Positions 37,991 through 51,849 of a stretch of 64,000 bases of DNA are shown one piece after another. Location of the stretch: contig NC_058368.1 of NCBI RefSeq assembly GCF_018350175.1, positions 186,250,001 through 186,314,000 on the forward strand, read 5' to 3'. Position 1 is the first letter of the stretch; the number at the start of each line of letters is the position of its first letter. The notes below the pieces were generated by a model. The model did no database searches, was not told where the DNA came from, and saw only the letters and a program-made list of their open reading frames with translations. Position numbers and translations under genes: made by a program. This DNA comes from Felis catus. Lineage: Eukaryota.

Positions 37991-39080
37991 TTACCTGATT
38001 GATATCTTTTGGCTGTCACTGCTACCAGAAGCAAATAAGAATGCAGTCAGGACTCACAAAGTAGTTATAAAATTTAAGGACCCTTCTGTGTGCTACTTTA
38101 TTTTCTAAGCCAGTAAAAAAAGCCATGTGACTTTTGTGACAGGTAACTAAGTTTTCTGCTAGACTTTCTGTTAAGAAACTTCACTTAACTAGATGCCTAT
38201 TCTCAGACTGTTCAAGGCATTCTGTCTGTGTTTACACCAATCTGTGTTCATCTACCAAGACTCCTCAAATACAGATTCTCAATCTTTGTTTGCTTTCTTA
38301 GTTTTGATGAGTGTCAGTGCGGGTAGACTTCTAAACACCATGTTCTATGAGAGGAAATTCTTAAATAGTAATGCTATGTGCAATGCTAATTCTTTTGAAA
38401 GGTTAAAAAAAACCTCAATGTGCCTTATATAACATGATCTATTTATACTCTGTCACCAAGGAGAGTCAGCTGCATTTATGTTTGGGGTGAACAGAACAAT
38501 TTATTTGTCCCTTCTCACCCAACTGATTGCGACCAGTTTACCCAACTCACTGACAACACTCAGGTCATGAGACACTATCAGAAGCACTAACATGTTTGGA
38601 ACTGAATTATGTAGCATAAAAATACATTTAAAATAAGAATTCCACGAACAGAGGAATTCAAGCCCAAGAGTTTCTATATCTTCTTCCAGTATCAGTTAAA
38701 ATATTAAGTTCTGTCAGAGGATGTTCTACATGATGACAGCTACTAAGAGACTCTTGCAGTTTCTATCTCAAATTGGATGCTTTCAAAACTCCTTCAGTAT
38801 TTCCAGCACCTGGTAGTGACTAGTGACACCCATGTGAGTTTTTTTTTTAACCAATAAGAAGCTCTTTAACTGATAATAAAGCAAATTATTGAATTGTTAC
38901 CATAATAGAAAATTCAGGAAGGGGGGAGGCAGATTCTAGGTTATATAGCTTCTGAGACCAAAATCTGACTATGGTTTCCTAAGACTATTAATCATGTCTC
39001 CTTCATTTATGTATGGAAGCTACCATGAAGCATCAAATGTTACTATATTTACAACCCTTTCTTCTCTAGCCCTCTCTTAA

Positions 39081-39141
39081 TGCTTGTATCTGCTCTTGTA
39101 TCTGCTTGTATCTGCTTGTATCTGCTTAATGTTTGTATCTT
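39081..39141. repeat. (TGCTTGTATC)n short tandem repeat
   Basis: About 5 imperfect 10-bp units. Confidence 0.85.
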
Positions 39142-39234
39142 ACTCATTTGATGCTTAGTGTATCCTTTCTTCTGCTTTAGTTTTCCTCACAATACAGAGC
39201 TTGTTGTACGGTGCACGGTAGGGAGCACATTACA

Positions 39235-39410
39235 TGCTGTATTTCAATAAATCATCACAACAACCTTATGCAGTTGGGACTATCGTTATACCCATTCACA
39301 GAGGTGGAAACTGAGGTTTGGAAAGTTAAGTAACTTGCCTAAAGGGATGTAGCATGTAAGTGATAGAAGATTTCAGTCCTGACCACCTGCCTTCAGCTTC
39401 CACATTCTTA
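39235..39410 (-). mobile_element. MIR
   Basis: ATCATCACAACAACCTTATG...CCCATTCACAGAGGTGGAAACTGAGG...AAGTAACTTGCCTAA (MIR core). Confidence 0.85.
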
Positions 39411-40905
39411 CTGTCCTTCCTCTTTCCCTTCCCTCCTTTTCCTGACTTCCCCCTCCCCAACATGACAGCAAAACCAAGGTGCTAGGAGTCAGAGATGAGA
39501 ACAAAGCGAAGTCAGTGTCTACACAATGCAAGTTGTTCATAGGATTAAAAATAATTTTAGAATTAGACTTTATTTCCATGCTTCCTAATTTTTATTTCTT
39601 TTCTAAATCCTAGCGATAGGAAGATGTCACTATTGTATACATGAACACTACCTGGCTGCAAAAAATTGGAAAACCTGTCACGCTGAAAGGAACCACAGGA
39701 AGCTTCTCACCTTAGTCAAACATCTATTACACAAAGGGCACTCGATAAAGATTTGCTATTAAAGGCTTCAAGTTCCTTTTTGTGTCGTTTCATATCTCAC
39801 TAATGGGCTTCAGTTTAATTCAGTTTTATTTATTCTTTGCTTATTTTATTACAGTAAAAAGGTGCAATTTATAACCTCACAAATTACATTGCTCTTTATA
39901 TTTGTGTTGTGTGGGAGTTTTTTGGTAAACCTCACAAAGCAAGGTATAATGAAAAACGACCTGCAATTCAAGAAACTAATACAAAGAAAAAAGTGCTTTG
40001 AGAATGTAAACATAAACAAATGAAGAATAAACTGTCAAAGTGCATTGTCATAATCACACATCTTTAATGTATTAAATTACACATAATGTTAAATTCTTCA
40101 AATAGTTACTTAAGGATGCAGAAAGTTTTAAATGTGCTGTATTTTTCCAACAGGTGACGCTAGGGTTGGTGTTTCTCTTAATGTCATCCTTTGTACTTTT
40201 TTTTCTCCACACGTGATAATATTTCCATGTTTTATGTAATATACGTTTCCAGTTCCACCAGACTAAGAAGTAAAATAAAGTAGATATGAACTGGATACTG
40301 CAAAATTATTTAAATCAGAGAACTGACATATACCTGAGAGATTTCATCAGGTGAAAATAATTGATAGGTTAAAATGAATATATCCACCTTTAAAATAATC
40401 TAAGATATAACAGTTTATAAAGTTGCAAAGATAAAAAAACTGGCTCTAAACTTTCTCCTCATTTCAAAGCTCATGTAGTCTGAAGACTTTCTCTACAGTA
40501 TAAACATTATTTGAACTGCAATGAGCCCAACAAGGAAATTGTACAAAAAGGGGTGTGAAGAGTCAGGATATAGAGTATTTGCATAAATTTGCATTACTTA
40601 CACATCCAGAAAAATTTCACTCACCAGCCAAATTTAGTTTAACAGATGAGAGCATTTTGATTCAGGCTTCAATTTCTGACTGCAACATTTATTTGCTTCA
40701 GAGAGCCGTGTATCCTCTACTCTTAGAAGGGCTTTTGCTGCTTCTTGTGCACACATATCACAATCCACTGCACAAATTTAAGAGAAAGTATTTGCTTAGT
40801 GCCTTTTTTCTCCTACTACGATAGTATTCCACAAGGGCAAAATCATTGCCAAGTTTCCCCCTGTGTCTCCCAGTACTCTTTTCAGTGCTGAGCATATAGT
40901 ACATG

Positions 40906-42557
40906 TTCAATGCCAATCAAAATTGCACTGACATTCCTCTCAGAGCTAGAACAAACAATCCTAAAATTTGTATGGAACCACAAAAGACCCTGAATAGCCA
41001 AAGTAATGTTGAAAAAGAAAACCAAAGCAGGAAGCATCACCATCCTGGACTTTAGCCTCTACTACAAAGCTGTAGTCATCAAGATAGTATAGTATTGGCA
41101 CAAAAACAGACATATAGACCAATGGAATAGAATGGAGAACCCAGAATTGGACCCACAAATGTATGGCCATCTAATCTTTGACAAAGAAGGAAAGAGTGTC
41201 CAATGGAAAAAAACAGTCTCTTCAGCAAGTGGTGCTGGGAGAACTGGACAGCAACACTCAGAAGAATGAAACTGGACCACTTTATTTTGCCATACACAAA
41301 AATAAACTCAAAATGGATGAAGACCTAAATGTGAGACAGGAAACCATCAAAACCTTAGAGGAGAAAACAGGCAACAACTTTTTGGTCTCATCCTCAGTAA
41401 CTTCTTACTCAACATGTCTCTGGAGGCAACAGAAATAAAAGCAAAAATGAAATATTGAGACCTCATTAAGATAAAAAGCTTCTGTACTGCAAAGGAAACA
41501 ATTGACAAAACTAAAAGGCAACCGATGGAATGGGAGAAGATATTTGCAAAAAACATATTGGATAAAGGGTTAGTATCCAAAATCTATAAAGAACTTACCA
41601 AACTCAACACCTGAAAAACAAATAATCCGGTGAAGAAATGGGCAGAAGGCATGAATAGACACTTTTCCAAAGAAGACATCCAGATGGCCAACAGACACAT
41701 GAAAAATGTTCAACATCACTCATCATCAGGGAAATACAAATCTAAATCACATTGAGATATCACCTCACACCATTCAGAGTGTCTAAAATTAACAACTCAG
41801 GAAACAACAGATGTTGGTGAGAATGTGGAGAAACAGGAACCCTCTTGCACTGTCGGTAAGGGTGCAAACTGGTGCAGCCTCTCTGGAAAACAGTGTGGAG
41901 GTTCCTCAAAAAATTAAAAATAGAACTATCCTACGACCTGGAAATAGCACTACTAGGAATTTATCCAAAGGATACAGGAGTGCTGATTCATAGGGGCACA
42001 GGTACCCCAGTGTTTATAGCAGCACTATCAACAATAGCCAAATTATGGAAAGAGCCCAAATGTCCATGAACTAATGTGTAGGTAAAGAAGATGTGGTTTA
42101 TATATACAATGGAATACTACTTGGCACTGAGAAAGAATGAAATCTTGCCATTTGCAACAATGTGGATAGACCTGGAGGGTATTATGCTAAGTAAAATAAG
42201 TCAGTCAGAGAAAGACAGATATCGTATGTTTTCACTCATATGTGGAATTTGGGAAACTTAACAGAAGACCATGGGGGAAGGGAAGGAGAAAAAATAGCTT
42301 CAAACAGAAAGGGAGGTAAACTATAAGAGACTCTTAAATACAGAGAACAAACTGAGGGTTGATGAGTGGGAAGCAGGGGAGAGGGGAAAATGGGTGATTG
42401 GCATTGAAGAGGGCACTTGTTGGGATGAGTACTGGGTGTTGCATGTAAACGATGAATCATGGGAATCTATACCCAAAGATAAGAGCACACTGTATACACT
42501 GTATGTTAGCTAACTGGACATTAAATTATATTTAAAATAAATAAATAAGTAAATAAG

Positions 42558-42587
<30 letters not shown>
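40906..42587 (+). mobile_element. 5'-truncated feliform L1 with a (TAAA)n tail, inserted in an L2 3' end
   Basis: ORF2 remnants ([18 protein letters not shown]) with stops, a G-rich 3'UTR and (TAAA)n at 42535-42587. Confidence 0.97.
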
Positions 42588-42588
<1 letters not shown>

Positions 42589-43522
42589 CACATTTTAAAA
42601 AATGAACAAATGAATACACTGGATGTCTCATTAAACTTCTCAGAAGAAGCAAAAAGCAGATCATCTAATGGCCTAATTTAAATCTTTTTATTCCAATGTT
42701 ATGCTCATTCTTTGATGAGCCTGGTTCATTCTGAGGACTGGGAATAACATAGCTCAAAGTAACCCTAACTGAGCAAGGGAATTAGAGCTAGAGAGATACC
42801 GTGGGTAGTTTGGGCTCAGAATAGATTTTGAAACTGTTTAGACAATGATTAGGTTTGGCAAATTAACATTAAATTAGAACTTATTAATGGTACTATAAAA
42901 ATGTTTTAAACTGTGGTATGGTTTGGATTTTAGTTCTGAGGATGGTTTAGTTTATTTTTTTAGTTAATTTCAATTAAGTTTCCTAGTAATAACCTACATT
43001 CCAGCATGCTTCTTAGAGCAAACTTACATGTATATGTATAAGAACAGAGATGTGTATATATCTCCAAGCTTACATGTGTATTTATAAGGATGGAGATATC
43101 TATCTATCTATCATCTATCTATCCATCTGTATCTATTATCTCCATCCTATGCCTTATATAAGGATATTTGTTCAAATGTACCCCTCTGGAGCTCCATGCC
43201 TATCTCTTCTGGAGTCTGATATTGTCAAAATAATGTAGGAGGCAGAATTAGGGGACCTCTTTGTACACATGAAGTTATTGTTGCTTACATCCTTTATATA
43301 CTACATGAAGACAGAGATGTTTAATCCGATGACATGTAAGTTTCCTTTAAGCTTTAAAACTCTGAAAATAATCTGTGTAGCCTATACTCACATTTTACAA
43401 AAGTACACATCTACATTAAAGTATGTCAAATAATATCTGTATATTCAAGATTATAAACACATACCAATTTCTAGATATAAACAATATTGCAAATCCTTCA
43501 CTTGTTTAAAAAATAAAAGATA

Positions 43523-43693
43523 GGGGAACCAGGGTGGCTCAGTAAATTAAACATCTGACTCTTGGCTTTGGCTCAGGTCATGATTTCACTGTTTTTGAGT
43601 TCGAGTCCTGCCTCATGCTCTGCACCTCTACACTGACAAGGTGAAGCCTGCTTAGGATTTCTCTCTCCCTCTTTCTCTCTACCCCTCCCTGGC

Positions 43694-43740
<47 letters not shown>

Positions 43741-43760
43741 ATAAACATTAAATGTTTTTA
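43523..43760 (+). mobile_element. CAN-SINE with a long (CT)n tract
   Basis: GGGGAACCAGGGTGGCTCAG head and a short TSD-like AAAAGATA on both sides. Confidence 0.93.
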
Positions 43761-45583
43761 AAAAGATATATTTATTCTACTTATTTAGTTTACTTCTCTC
43801 CTAGCTTTTTTATTAACTAAGTTAATTTCTGATTTGTAGAATCATAGAAATATCTCTGCATTAATTTCTAATGCCTAATTTCACTTAGTGTTCCTGAGCC
43901 AAAACTTAGAATCGCCTCACTGGGCAATTTCCACTCCTTACCAATATCTTCAGCCCTATCTAAATGGAGACCAATTTGCCTGTCTCTTCCTTTAGGAGTG
44001 AGCAAAGATTATAATGAACAATGATTAAGTAATAAGTTCAATTAATTAATACATGTTTTAGCCTCTCATTTCTTTTGTTTCACCATTTTCTTCCAAAGTC
44101 CTCTTTTTAAAGCTCTACAGAGTGGCCAATTGCCTAAACATTTTTTCTTCCTGTGTCTCTTCTAATTCAAACATGCAAAAGTGTTATTGTGTTGCTTGCT
44201 TTTAAGCATTCTGCCATTTTTCAAACTGAATCTGGACTCAGCCATAAATATATGCTTCAGCATATGTGAATCTCAAAAGCCACCTTAGGTCACTACCACT
44301 CACTGTGACCTCACTCCTTCTGAACTCACAGTGTGTGAACTACTCGTGACACTCACTTGGTAATTAATCATGCCTGCCTTGTGACATTTCTGATGATGTA
44401 TATTTAACATCACACAGTTACATAATTTGTCAGTGTATCTGTGCCCAACCACTTCAATTGAACTGCAAGCTCCTTGAGGCAGATTCAATGTCTGTCCTAC
44501 AGAATGCATCGTAAACAAGGAAAATATATGCTGATTGATTATTCAATTGATTGACTATGCATTTAGTTATGAAAGAAGTCAGGCAGCATGAATAATGGAA
44601 AGTTAAAACTGTCTTCCCCTAATTAGATTTTCTTGGTTATATTAGTGTCTAGGAAGCAATTGTGATGGTTCTCAAAAAAGAATCCACCACAGATTTCTTT
44701 GCTTTGTCTGAAAAGTCAAGAACAAAAATAAGGTATAAAATGTCATACAATGAACATTATGCTTTATTTCTTTAGGTGACTTGTTCCACGTACAATTCAA
44801 ATCTTTCAGCATTTAAGAAGAGGTCATGTCCTAAAAATGGTGCCTAGTGAAGTAACAGTGTGACTTTAATAATGAGCCCAAGAGTCAAATACATTTGAGG
44901 ACGACTAGCATAAATCACATTAGATAGGAGTCTACCTGCCAGAACTCACAGAGCTTTAATATTCTCATATTTCCCAAGGTGTGGGACAGAGAATACAGTG
45001 CATCACTTTACCCAAATTTGGGTAAGCATGGATTTGTTTTTAAAGCATGTTACAAGATCTGCGTGCCACAGTGGTCAATTTTAGAAATCCTGAGATAGAA
45101 ATTTCAGACACACCTGACATAACTCATAATGCCTAAAAATGGCTTATCAACTGCAGAGGACCATTTCTTATTTTGGGGACAAAAGTTCAGTATTAACTTG
45201 ACTTTGGTTGTTCACTTCTTTAGTACTGTAACAGTCACGGCAGATCCTTCAAACTTTCTTTTTCTTATGTGGCCATTTTCTTGTGATGTGTTAATGAGGT
45301 TTATGTATTTTGATACTGTTTTATTGCTTTTCTAAAATTCATCTCATTAAATCTACAGGACTTTAGGAATGTATATTATTTTTGTCTTTTCTCCCACTGC
45401 ACTGTGATGTCCTCTGCAGATTGTGTAAGCATGTCTGCCTGTGTTGGACACACATGTCTGCCTGTCTTAGAGACAGAAGACCTATAACAAAGTCCTACTC
45501 TACAGCCATTAGCTATATGATGTAATCTGTTACTTTCCTGTCTAGGTCTAAGTTTCATCCTCTGCATGAAAATAAAAAATTAT

Positions 45584-45797
45584 GGGGGTATCCGGGTGGC
45601 TCAGTCGGTTAAGCATTCAACTCCTGATTTCGGCTCAGGTCATGATCTTGCAGTTCATGGGTTCCAGTCCCACACTGGGCTCTGCACTGACGGCGGAGAA
45701 CCTTCTTGGGATTCTCTCTCTCTCTGCAACTCCCCCATGCATTCACATGCATGTGCGCTCTCTCTCTCTCAAAATAAATAAACTTTTAAAAAAGATG
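45584..45797 (+). mobile_element. CAN-SINE
   Basis: GGGTGGCTCAGTCGGTTAAGCAT...GGCTCAGGTCATGATC. TSD-like AAAAAATT(A/G)T. Confidence 0.94.
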
Positions 45798-46786
45798 AAA
45801 AAATTGTAAATGCAAGATCTTAGTTAACTATAAAATACTTTGCACATGCAAGGTACTATTTTATATCATCGTATAATTAATTTCTTATATTTATTCATAT
45901 TTTGGTTAATGAGAAACTGTTAGTAGTTAAGTCTGGGGTGTGAAACAGGAGGTAGTTAAAAGCACAAGGAAGACTTATACATTATACCTCTTTGTGCTTT
46001 TAGAAATTTTATTATTTTACTTTAAATATATTTTCCAAATATATACAAAAAAGTAATATACATTCAAACCAAGCCTCATCATAATATCTGTTTATTTCAA
46101 GCGACACAAGCCTAAAACTATAACTTAAACAAATGTGGAACTTGCAAGGGCAGGAATAAATATTGATTAACATGTTAATAGCCTATTTATTCTTTATAAC
46201 TCTAGACTGAAAAGAGCGAGCTAGTGCCATATCCAAAGGGAAAGCACAAATGATCTGCCAAAGCATAGTTGTAATCCTTGTACACCTTTGATGGGAGAAG
46301 GCAATGTCCTTTCCATTTTCTTTTATGGATTTGACAAAAACATTAATCATAGCTTTTGTTTGTACTAAGAGAGCATCATTTTTTAAAGGAACCTCTTGTG
46401 TTTCTCACATTCAGATGCTAATCAATTATGTCCTCCTTTGCCTTTGGATAAAAATCAAACAAAACATCCATTAGCAAATTATCTTCATTAGACTCTGGGG
46501 AAATTTTGAATAACACTTTTAGAGATTCATGGTGCTCCCAGGGAAGATAGTTGTTAAAGAAGCACTGATCATAGAATTAATATTAGTAAAAATTTACTCT
46601 TAGTACTGAAGATTTTTATGACAAATGGTGTTTTCATTTACTAAATTATAGGTTTTTTTTCTCAGATTAGAAGATCAGACTTCTACATTAAAAAATACTT
46701 TTATAGAACAGAAGAAATAAGTCTGCCTTATTGCTTATATCAAAAAATTGGGTTACGTTTTGTCCAAATTAATAAGAAAATTACCA

Positions 46787-46990
46787 GGGTGCCTGAGTGG
46801 CTCAGTCGGTTAAGTAGCAGATTCTTGATTTCAGCTCAGGACATGATCTCTTGGTTTGTGAGATCAAGGCCCACATCAGACTCCACGCTGATAGTGCGTG
46901 GAGGCTGATTCTGATTCTCTCTCTCTCTCTCTCTGACCCTCCACTGCTCATGCATGCTTTCTCTAAAAATACATAAATAAACTTAAAAAA
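46787..46990 (+). mobile_element. CAN-SINE
   Basis: Perfect 15-bp TSD AAGAAAATTACCAGG at 46774-46788 and 46991-47005 (the GG is shared with the SINE head). Confidence 0.96.
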
Positions 46991-47809
46991 AAGAAAATTA
47001 CCAGGCATTTTCTCAGTATAAGCATTTATACTTATTATAAGTGTAGTAAGTAATGTAAATGTCTGTGGCTCTGGATGGACTTCTGTGCATGTAGCTCTGG
47101 ATGGCTTTCCTTGCCTCACCAGAATCACATGTATCAAGAAGTCTAGACTGCTTATACTTACTCTATTTTAATAGTTTATTTCTCAACTTCCTTTGGCTTT
47201 TAACTACCCTCATATTTTTCATTTCTATGACTTTCAAAAAGATATTTGGTATTAAAGTTATGTAAGCTTTATTAGAACTGGAGAAGTTTTTATTTCAATA
47301 TAAATAAAGTGACTCTTACAAGTAAGAGTTTCTCCAGGATGGGGCTTTCAGAGACCTTGACCTTTCAAAGAGCTATAGATTTCTTATCTTTAAAAACAAG
47401 TCATTACAAAGCCTGGTTCATCTTATTTCAGGCTTATAGCTAAATAATTACAATACTACTTTAATAAATATCTTTAATTCTTGACTGTTCTTTTTCATAT
47501 CCATCCTCCTAGCCCCCCTTTTCTCCACCCCAAATCTATTCTGTAACCAATGCATAAGTTTCTTTGTGTCACCGGTATCCTCCCCAAAATTTTCATGTTC
47601 CAACTGCCCCACCCTACTGTAGGATAAAACTAAGATTTAAAATATTTAAAACTCTTCTAGAATATGATTTTGTTGACCTTGCTAAAATTTCCTCCAATTT
47701 CTGGTCTACTCAAGGATTGCCAAACTCATTCACACTTTTCTGATTTTATCCTTTGTTTTATTGCCCTTTATCCTCTTTAATCTCTACCTCTCGCATATGT
47801 CCACATTTC

Positions 47810-48550
47810 TGGGAAGAGATGCTGGGGATTTTGAATATCACATTTCTGAGAGCTGTATTTTGTTGTTTTCTTTATAGATTGATGCACTTTATTTTGTTTG
47901 GCAGTAATTTGCAGCATATCTGAATCCTTTTAAAACTGGTTTTTATGCTTTGTTTGAGCAGATCTGTTGCAGTCTTTACTGTCAGTTTGGCCTTCCTACA
48001 AGGTAATGTGCTCTTTGCTTAATGGCATGAATGTTCAACAAAAGCTTCTTTTCTCATTGCTTGGAAAAATTCTCCCAGCTTTGAGTAAATGCTAAGAATG
48101 CTCTAGTTTACAATCCCCTACTTATTTTTCCCACTCTTGTAGAGTTTCATTTAAAGTACACATGGTTTAGTATTCAAACACAGACATATGGGGATCCCTT
48201 CGTAGATTTAAGATGTTGTTTTCTCTGTACAGCTTTCTCTTCTCTGGTGCTGTGACCACAATGTCAGGTGCCTCAGGCTTCCCAAACTCCAATCTCTGTC
48301 TACTCAATAGAATGATGTGCTGTGTTCTGTTTAATTTCCTTATTCCTATACTCTGGTCCAGAAAGTGCTTCCAGAAAGCCGAGGTAATTGTAGGCTCAAC
48401 TCATTTTTTTTTTCTTTCTTCTAAGGGCTCACAGTCTTACACAGCATTTTGATCAATGTCTGTAGCGGTTGATTCAGACATTTGTTCACTTTTTCATTTA
48501 CCATTTTGGAACATCACTTCTGGCTCCAGTTACTTCATCAAGACTGGAAA
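47810..48550 (-). mobile_element. Ancient L1M 5'-region fragment (L1MC4 5'end-like)
   Basis: TTTCTCTGTACAGCTTTCTCTTCTCTGGT...CCAAACTCCAATCTCTGTCTACTCAA...TAGGCTCAACTCA...CCAGTTACTTCATCA. Confidence 0.65.
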
Positions 48551-48689
48551 TGCCATACTTAACTTTAAATAACACCTAGAGTCTCAATTACTTGTTTGGT
48601 TTGAGATGATACAATTCTCTAATTCTATTTTATTCACTGATAAAAGCAGAGATCATCATGTGTTTACCAAAATAATAATAATAATAATT

Positions 48690-49000
48690 ATAATACTTTT
48701 CCCTACTGTACTTGCAGTAAGAGGAGGCCACATGACTGACTATCTTCTGTCCAATAGACTATGAATGAAAGCCACGATAACTCTGTTTGGGCTTGTCCCA
48801 TTAAATAGCACTCAGTAGTCCTATACCCATGACTTGTCTCTGTTTACTGGATGAATGCAGAATGACGCAAGGACTTTTAAAGTAGTTTCACAAAATGGAA
48901 GGCTGACTATGAAGATTATCCATATTCGTGAGGGCAAATAAACTATACTATACATTAGGGTTGTCCGTTTCGGCAGTTTGTCTACCTTGACTGAATGAGT
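48690..49000 (+). mobile_element. MaLR LTR (MLT1H-like), degraded
   Basis: CTTGCAGTAAGAGGAGGCCACATGACT...TTCTGTCCAATAGACTATGA...AAATAAACT. Confidence 0.55.
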
Positions 49001-51375
49001 GAATAACAATAATGCCTATACAACACATTATTATTTCATGACAATGCTATTAAATAAAATTAGAAAATATATTTAAATCGATACACTAGTTAAGTGCCTG
49101 TTAATGACAAATTTTATTGTTGCTACTATTTTTCTTACTAATCCTACTAGGTATCTTACTATTTTAGTAAAATAATAGTAGATATTTTAAATTAACATTA
49201 ACATGCTAGATAATATTTTATAGAGTAAATGCACAAAAATACACTCAACTTTATATATGTACACATACAACAAATGTACATAAGTTTTAAGATCTTGAGT
49301 TATCTTGTAACATTTTAAATTGCTTTTTGAATAGGAAAGTTGTTCAATAAGTGGATATTCAAAATAAGAGCTTTTAAGGCTGGCACTGATAGCTTCATCA
49401 AAACAATCCTTTCCTTTGCTGTGTCTAATCTAAGATATACTCTGCCTTTAGATACTTGGATCTGAATAGCCTCTCAGACTTAATATTTTATGCTCAATAC
49501 ACCCAGAACAGTCATAAAAGAAACCAAAGTTGAGAATTCTGTGCTGATGAAGAAACTACTGAAGGTAACTAAGAATCAACTCTGATAGTCTGTGAGCAGA
49601 GAGAGGAGTAAGTATTTCTTCTTATAACTCCAGGCTTTCTCCTTGAGGTGTATTTTCTATTATTAGCAATTAAGTAGACTTTAGAATGTCACTTGAATTC
49701 TCTGTCTCAGCACTGAACTTGGATGATTAAGCAGCCGCAAGACTTAGTAATGATGTAAGGTTGCTTTTAATAACAGCTATGTTTTAGTCAAATCAGGTTG
49801 AGGTGGGTGTTAAAGAAGGGGGAAGTTACCTTACCCTGCAGATTAAACAGGTTGAAAAATACAATTTCCTACCAAGGTGCAGAGTGTTGTCGCACACTGT
49901 GGTGTGCTTCTAGGTCCTGATGCATTACAGTTCCCCCAACAAGTGAACATCATGAACACACTGGAAAAAGCCTGGATGACAAAATCACTTCCTGTTTGTG
50001 ATATGGTAAAAAATCATGCATTCACCAGCGAGATTATTAAAATAATTAGTTGTTAGTGATGTTTCCAATCTTAGCACTTTATTTATCAGTGGTTCCATGT
50101 ATTTAGTTTAAGCAAAAATTTTTTAAAAATCAGAAAATTATTTGTTTAGGTCTTAGAAAAAACTGTTTGTGTTAATTAGCTAGCATAACAAGTTTTAATT
50201 TTTTGTATCATAGGGGAAAATAAACATTTTTCTATTAACCAAAAGAATGGTTTTCCAACAATGGCTCCCCTGGTAAATAGCTAGAAAACTGCCATGTCAC
50301 TCAGAAGTTATTGAAATGGAAATAGGGGAAGAGCAGATCATAAACATGGTCACTTGGGATAATTTCATAACACTTTATTTCACTTAGAAAGTATATGTAA
50401 AAACAATGACACACTGAAGATAATGTTTCTTTACATTTACACTGAACAGTGAAATGTCTACAAGTACACATATTTATGTAATATATGTATACTTTGTATA
50501 TGTCTGTAATATATGTACACTTTGTGTATATATGGAATATATACATGTGTATTTGTGTGTACACATAATAGTAAAATAAAGAAGATTATTTCAATGGATC
50601 TCATTTAGAGGGCTCAGCAGAATTATCTAGTCTAAAATGTTCTGTAATTGTCCTAAGTCTGCATGTCCAGCTGTCTCCCTCCCTCTCTTTTTCTCTCTCA
50701 AACCCTCTAGAAACTGAGCACATCAATGGCCTAGCAGTGTGAAGGTTATGGTCTTTTCCTCAGGGTGTTGTTAGTCTTCTCTACCATATATTTTTGTTTG
50801 TTGTTGTGGTGGTGGTGGTGGTGGTGGTAGTTGTTTTTCAGATTCAAGAAGCTTTCAACTCAGCAAGACTTCATTTTTCTTTAATAAAGATTTAGCAACT
50901 TCTTACCATGTGCTATCATTCTTGTAGGTGGTGGGGGGGAAATGGCAAAGAAAAACAGGCAGAGTCCCTGCTGTCATGGAAGATGCAAGCCAGTGAAAGA
51001 ATAGATCAGTTAAAAAATGCATACAAATACATAAAATTGATAAGTATCATAAAGAGCTGATATTTGGTCATGTGAGAATACAGTAGGCAAATTTGCCTGA
51101 ATAAGGGAAGCCAGAAAACACTTTTTCCAGAAATTAATGATTGAGTTAACATCTACACAAAATAATGAATTAGATGTTTTCCAGAGGACATCTATGTGCA
51201 GTTTATTTTTCTGAGGGGAAACTGATATTCTTGACATGGATTAAAAGCTATCCTTATAAAAATAAAGCTTAAATAAATCTAAATATGGAAAGCAAAATGT
51301 AAACAAAACCTCAATTTATCTCAAAAGTATGATTTTTTTGGAAAGGTCAATATGGTTTGTTTTAAAGGTAAGTTA

Positions 51376-51505
51376 GGAGCACCTGAGGGGCTCACTCAGT
51401 TGAATGTCCAACTCTTGATTTTGGCTCAAGTCATGATCTCATAGTTGTGAGATTGAGCTGGGAATAGAGCTTGCGTGGTATTCTTTCTTTCCCTCTCCCC
51501 TTTCT
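51376..51505 (+). mobile_element. Internally deleted old CAN-SINE
   Basis: GGAGCACCTGAGGGGCTCACTCAGTTGA...CTTGATTTTGGCTCAAGTCATGATCTC. Confidence 0.88.
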
Positions 51506-51704
51506 AAGAAAGAAAGAAAAGGAAGAAAAGGAAGGAAGGAAGGAAGGAAGGAAGGAAGGAAGGAAGGAAGGAAGGAAAAGAGAGAAAGAGAAAAAGAGAA
51601 AGAGAAAGAAAGAAAGAAAGAGAAAGAAAGGAAGGAAGAGAAAGAAAGGAAAAAAGAAAGAAAGAAAAAGAAGGAAAGAAGAAAAAAAGGAAAGAAGAAA
51701 GAAA

Positions 51705-51749
<45 letters not shown>

Positions 51750-51773
51750 AAAAGAAAGAAAGAAAGAAAGAAA
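51506..51773. repeat. 268-nt pure-purine compound microsatellite (GGAA)n/(GAAA)n at the SINE tail
   Basis: No C or T on the + strand over the whole span. About 12 GGAA units run from 51530. Confidence 0.98.
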
Positions 51774-51849
51774 TGAATTGGGGGGGAGTGTCTTCTGGTA
51801 GTATGCATTTTATTTTTTATATTCATTTGATTCCAAATGCTCTTTTTGA

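Noticed and set aside
51431..51826. K/E/R-rich and F/L/S-rich ORFs of 101 and 131 aa
   Set aside because: They are translations of the GAAA/GGAA microsatellite.
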